Below are positions 59,228 to 64,000 of a stretch of DNA of 64,000 nt, piece after piece. Numbering within the stretch: the first letter of the stretch is position 1; every line of letters starts with the position of its first letter. Where the stretch lies: contig NIVC01001020.1 in NCBI GenBank assembly GCA_002269645.1, positions 314,839 through 378,838 of the forward strand, read 5' to 3'. Under the pieces are notes generated by a model. That model was not told where the DNA came from and ran no database searches. It saw only the letters and a list, made by a program, of their open reading frames with translations. Both the position numbers and the translations under genes were made by a program. The stretch is from Macrostomum lignano (taxonomy: Eukaryota).

Positions 59228-60887
59228 TTACAGAACTTGACATTCTCTCTTCTTCTTGGTCCTTTTGAGATACTGTTCCTGGAGAGCGCTGACAAGTTCC
59301 GTAGGGAGAGATGCCAGATTTTCCTGCAATTTGAATTTAATTGCTGATTATTACAGCAATGTTGCAACAGTTTCAACCTGTCTAGATTAGTTTGGATTTA
59401 ATTAATTCTTGGAATTAAGCAGTCAACCTTCTATCTACGACCTCTAGGAGCACCAGAGGCGCCAGCACCAGAGGCGCCAGCACCAGAGGCGCCAGCACCA
59501 GAGGCGCCAGCACCAGAGGCGCCAGCACCAGAGGCGCCAGCACCAGAGGCGCCAGCACCAGAGGCGCCAGCACCAGAGGCGCCAGCACCAGAGGCGCCAG
59601 CACCAGAGGCGCCAGCACCAGAGGCGCCAGCACCAGAGGCGCCAGCACCAGAGGCGCCAGCACCAGAGGCGCCAGCACCAGAGGCGCCAGCACCAGAGGC
59701 GCCAGCACCAGAGGCGCCAGCACCAGAGGCGCCAGCACCAGAGGCGCCAGCACCAGAGGCGCCAGCACCAGAGGCGCCAGCACCAGAGGCGCCAGCACCA
59801 GAGGCGCCAGCACCAGAGGCGCCAGCACCAGAGGCGCCAGCACCAGAGGCGCCAGCACCAGAGGCGCCAGCACCAGAGGCGCCAGCACCAGAGGCGCCAG
59901 CACCAGAGGCGCCAGCACCAGAGGCGCCAGCACCAGAGGCGCCAGCACCAGAGGCGCCAGCACCAGAGGCGCCAGCACCAGAGGCGCCAGCACCAGAGGC
60001 GCCAGCACCAGAGGCGCCAGCACCAGAGGCGCCAGCACCAGAGGCGCCAGCACCAGAGGCGCCAGCACCAGAGGCGCCAGCACCAGAGGCGCCAGCACCA
60101 GAGGCGCCAGCACCAGAGGCGCCAGCACCAGAGGCGCCAGCACCTGCAGAATATTTAGAGAATGGCACTCACGTGTGTCAGCGCACTGCATTCAATGTAC
60201 TTGAGAGCTTTAGTCTTCTTAGCCAACTTTTTTCCCTGCTTGAAGGTGACCGGCGCCCTTCCATTCTTTGCCAGTTTCTCAACCACATCCGGGTCTGTCC
60301 TCAAATCTGCCTTGGTGCCAATCAGGACGAATGGAGTACTGCTATTGTAGATGTAACTCGGAGCCTCTCGCAACCACTTGGTTTCCACATTTTCAAATGA
60401 CGCCGGGTCGATCACCGAGAAGCAGATCAGGTAGCCGTCGTAGCTGGGATACGCGGGAGGACGCAATCTGAAGTGGAAAGTAGAAAGTATGCAAAGCAAG
60501 ATGAATTATCATGCAGTGTACAGTCTGATGTACAGCCAAAGACATCGATGAGTGTTGCTGAACTGGCAGCTAACTTATAGTCTATGGCCAGCCCTGCGGA
60601 CCGCTATAAGTGGATTTCTTTCAGGCTTTTAATAATAAGAGGTTTTAAAGTTATATTTTAGCTGATCAGTTGCACTCGATTTACCTGTCGTATTCCAGTG
60701 GCACCGGCAAGTCAATTAATTGCAGAATGAAGTCCTCTGTACCAATTTTTCCTGTGATTTCCTTGGGGTCGCACGTATTCGGCACGTACTCCGATGGAAA
60801 CTGGCTGGTTGCAGAAGTTATGATCAGACTGGTTTTTCCAACGCCCTTGTCGCCGACCACAGAGCATTTACACGTAAAACATTGCAT
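59228..60887 (-). CDS. Atypical Rho-family (Rac/Cdc42-like) small GTPase, 197 aa, three exons, CAAX = CQVL
   Basis: Exons 60685-60887, 60173-60467 and 59228-59323 total 594 nt in frame. GDKGVGKT, TKADLR, Rho insert, CSAL and polybasic KRTKKKRECQVL* are present. Confidence 0.9.
59449..60144. repeat. Perfect 15-bp minisatellite (GGCGCCAGCACCAGA), ~46 copies, in the last Rho intron
   Basis: Directly visible; I saw no variant units. Confidence 0.99.
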
Positions 60888-61028
60888 GTTGGCCTAAAAT
60901 ATTATTGAATTGATTTGTTTGGTCATTTCATGTTTCATTTTTAGTACAATTTGAGTCAGAAAATGCTAAGGGGCCAACGTATCCTGAATAAATTTGATTC
61001 CTGTGCTCCACTTTGGGATACTTAACAG

Positions 61029-62570
61029 CAGAAAGACCACGCTATTTTTCCCCATGGGTAAAGACCACGGGGGTGTATTACAAATACACACGACCCATTT
61101 CACGATATCTCGCAAACAGAATTTTCCAATTTTCGTAAAAGTCCACCATATGGATTAAAATTTTCCGCCCTTTCCGACGAACTAACTTTCAAAGTCATCC
61201 GACGTCAGCATCGTCGAGATATTCAACGATTCTTGTCGAAGACACTGGTGGCAACACTACACTGTATAAACCTTTATGGTGAATCCATATTGGCTCAATA
61301 ATCTGGGTCCATCAGTCGTAGAAGCCTTTGTTCTCAGCATCCTAGACACCAGGGTCTCCTTCATCTCCGTCTGGAGCATCGGCGGCGACCGTCGGGACCT
61401 TCAACGAAAGCACCCGATCGGTACTCAGAGACGGCTGCGTTCCCAAAACTGAAGTGGAAGAATCCTCTTCTGCATGCAGCATTCAGTCAGTAGACACAAT
61501 CGGTGAATGAAATGGACGATGGCGACCCTCTAGGCTGACCTGTAGACATACAGGCGACCTTCGGGACCTTCAACGGAGTGCCACCACGCGGCCCCGACGA
61601 GCTGGAACCGCTAACATCGTGATTTTTCTATCAAAGCACCAAACCAGGCTTGTCTGCATATTATACAATGGTTCTGCACCATGTTAAATCGGAGAGTTAC
61701 CGATTTCATTGGCGACAGAAAAATATAAAACCGCTTTCTCTTTGTCTATGGCCAAGAGGTGCCAAGCAGTTGCTCAGAATGAGGAGCAAATGCTCCGCAT
61801 TTGAGAAATTTCTTTATTCATATGAACATTGAGCAACTGCTCCAGATCAGAGCAGTTGCTCGAGTTTAAGCTCTTGCTCAATCTCAGAGTTTGAGGTGAA
61901 ACTCGCCAGTTATTGCTCACTTTATTCAAATGGCCAATAGACACAAAAGCGGAGTCAATTGTCACTATTTAATTTGGTGTACAACGTGCGCAGTACTGGT
62001 GGGGGTGCCAGCTCGTCGGGGCGCGTGTGGACTCCGTTGAAGGTCCCGAAGGTCGCCTGTATGTCTACAGGTCAGCCTAGAGGGTCGCCGTCGTCCATTT
62101 CATTCACCGATTATGTCTAATGTTTGAATGCTGCATGCAGAAGAGGATTCTTCCATTTCAGTTTTGGGAACGCAGCCGTCTCTTAGACACCGATCGGGTG
62201 CTTTCGTTGAAGGTCCCGACGGTCGCCGCCGATGCTACAGACGGAGATGAAGGAGACCCTGGTGTCTAGGATGCTGAGAACAAAGGCTTCTACGACTGAT
62301 ATGCATAGTTTGTCGAGCCGACGTGGTTTCATGATGAGATTTTTTGAACAGAAAAATTTTGCCAATGTTGGTGGTTTTTGCCACCTGACACCCGAGGAGA
62401 ATCGTTGAATATCTCGACGATGCCGATTTTTTGTGATTCTCGAAGTTGCTCCATCGAATAGAGTGGAAAATTTTTGCCCGTGTTCGGGATTTTCATGGCA
62501 ATTGGTTGAATATTTTCGGAGATACAGACAAAGGAAAATGTGTGTATTTGAAATACACCCCATGGTCTTT
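61029..62570. mobile_element. Foldback element with nested inverted repeats, ~1.5 kb
   Basis: Arms 61311-61609 and 62004-62300 (~300 bp, highly similar); outer matches AAAGACCA[C/T]GGGGTGTATT and CGTCGAGATATTCAACGATTC; inner inverted pair at ~61731/61950. Confidence 0.8.
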
Positions 62571-63772
62571 CTATCTGGGGAGACAACAAAGATGGGAGTA
62601 AAAATTAGTACAGTAAGGAATCGATAATCTAATGGAATATTTTGTATTTCATGGAACTTACAGAAGGCTGCAGTGTGGCTGAATCTAGCCAACCGAGACG
62701 CGAGTGGACGAAGTGATTCTGCTGAGAACTTGTCAACTGACGTTGATATACAGCTCATGTATGCTATATTTATATATTCCTTCCATCATTCTACGCAATT
62801 TAAAAATAGAAAACTGATATTTTATCACCGCGCTATTTTTAGAAACACAGCAAACTGAAACTGAGCCAGATGTACGCACAGAATTCACACAGAATGCAGA
62901 ATCGAGCAATTTTTTAAAGTCGAATTAAAACTCGTGCGCACTACTTTTTTGTGGAACTATGGCCGGTAGTATCAACTAACACCACGTCAATAAGATACCA
63001 ATAGCAGTTGCGAATACTAACGTTAGATCGTGTCTCTAAGCACAAAAATTGGTCAATCAAGATGAGTCTGTTCTTATAAAAAGTCAAAACGTGAATCTTA
63101 TATACGCTCGTAACACCGAAACAGCGTCTATTCGCATCATCAAACACTGGGTTGAGGATCTTGCTGTCATCTCAATGTAACTTATGCCCAAAGAATGCGC
63201 GCTCTCTGACTCTCCCCCGCGTTGGCCATGGCGTTGTCAAACAGCCGGTGGGGGGCCTCCTACTGAACTGGGCTGTCTGGGTCTCTCAAACTGCGCTAAA
63301 AGTTGTCGTTCTATCAAGACGAACACTTGAGTCGCGTTCGATAGATAATTTATTTTAAGGCCCGATTTAGAGAGATAGAAAGTCTAAATTTTACCGTGCG
63401 TACGTACGAAGTGCAGATTTCAGTAGTTAATCCACTTTAAATTCAGGAAAATGCCACTGAAGACTCGTTGGTTCGAACTGGGAAAATTTTGAAGCAAATT
63501 TTTCGCTCGTTTATCCAGTTTCAGCCTAATTCGTTTCCGAAAGACACCTGCATTTCGATGATCCAGATTAGTGCAAGAAGTTCAAGAATCGGCCAAAAGT
63601 TTTGAGATGCAACATTTGAATATTTATTTGCCACTGCCAACAGTGTGGACTATCTACAGGGCAGAAATCGGAGCAGCGAATTTCGATCTTCTGGTTACTC
63701 GATTGGTAAGTTAATTGTATCTCACTCAACTGCGTTCGAGGTTTGATAATGTCTTCAATTAATCATATATAC

Positions 63773-64000
63773 TCAAGGTGTATCCTCGACCAGGCACTCG
63801 ACAGTTTGCATGGAGTAGTCCATGTCGAGCGGCGGTCGTGGAGCCGTCGTAGAAATAGTACAGAGGTGAGTAGCTGGAGTCGAAGCCCGGCGGAAACGGA
63901 GGCGCATAGTAGATTCCGTTGCGGGTTGAAGAGTTGCAGTAGCCGTACCACCAGCCAGCGAGCGCAGGGAGGCGCAGTTCACTGCAGCCACGTCATTGTC
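63773..64000 (-). pseudogene. 3' end of a second fibrinogen-related (FReD) gene, frameshifted; 5' part outside window
   Basis: DNDVAAVNCA, then GWWYGYCNSSTRNGIYY in a second frame, then DYSMQTVECLVE* back in the first frame. Confidence 0.75.

Noticed and set aside
59415-60191. Silk-like (GAGAS)n or (VLAPL)n protein
   Set aside because: The array lies in the Rho intron, and a proper CAAX-encoding last exon exists at 59228-59323.
62183-62758. 191-aa ORF
   Set aside because: Overlaps the foldback arm; no recognisable motif.

Overview
Eukaryotic (invertebrate animal) genomic DNA with short GT-AG introns, GC-rich exons and very dense micro- and minisatellites and transposons. A free-living flatworm such as Macrostomum is my guess at the host, by inference only. 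There are no operons, rRNA, true tRNA or CRISPR. Host genes, almost all on the minus strand: a receptor PTP-like gene with a degenerate catalytic motif (runs off the left end); a CUB-like/LDLa/TM gene; an STPG4 orthologue; a stand-alone degenerate FHA protein; a secreted-lectin group (three PAN+F-type lectins, two fibrinogen-related genes, one WSC+PAN), several of them damaged; a cGAS-like receptor (cGLR/Mab-21) with an intact NTase motif; an ankyrin-like repeat gene; and an intact but atypical Rho GTPase. Mobile DNA: an integrase-only Ty3/Gypsy LTR element with an 18-nt tRNA-Ser PBS; a complete 8.2-kb EnSpm/CMC transposon with two open ORFs; two CORE-like tRNA-SINEs, one with its A-box amplified into a ~40-copy minisatellite; several MITEs and foldback elements; and P-like and Gypsy remnants. 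The strongest leads are the cGLR and its neighbours at 51.6-62.6 kb, the pseudo-Rho GTPase, the integrase-only LTR element, the SINE A-box array and the diversifying lectin cluster. All homology calls come from motif recognition by eye; no database search was run.
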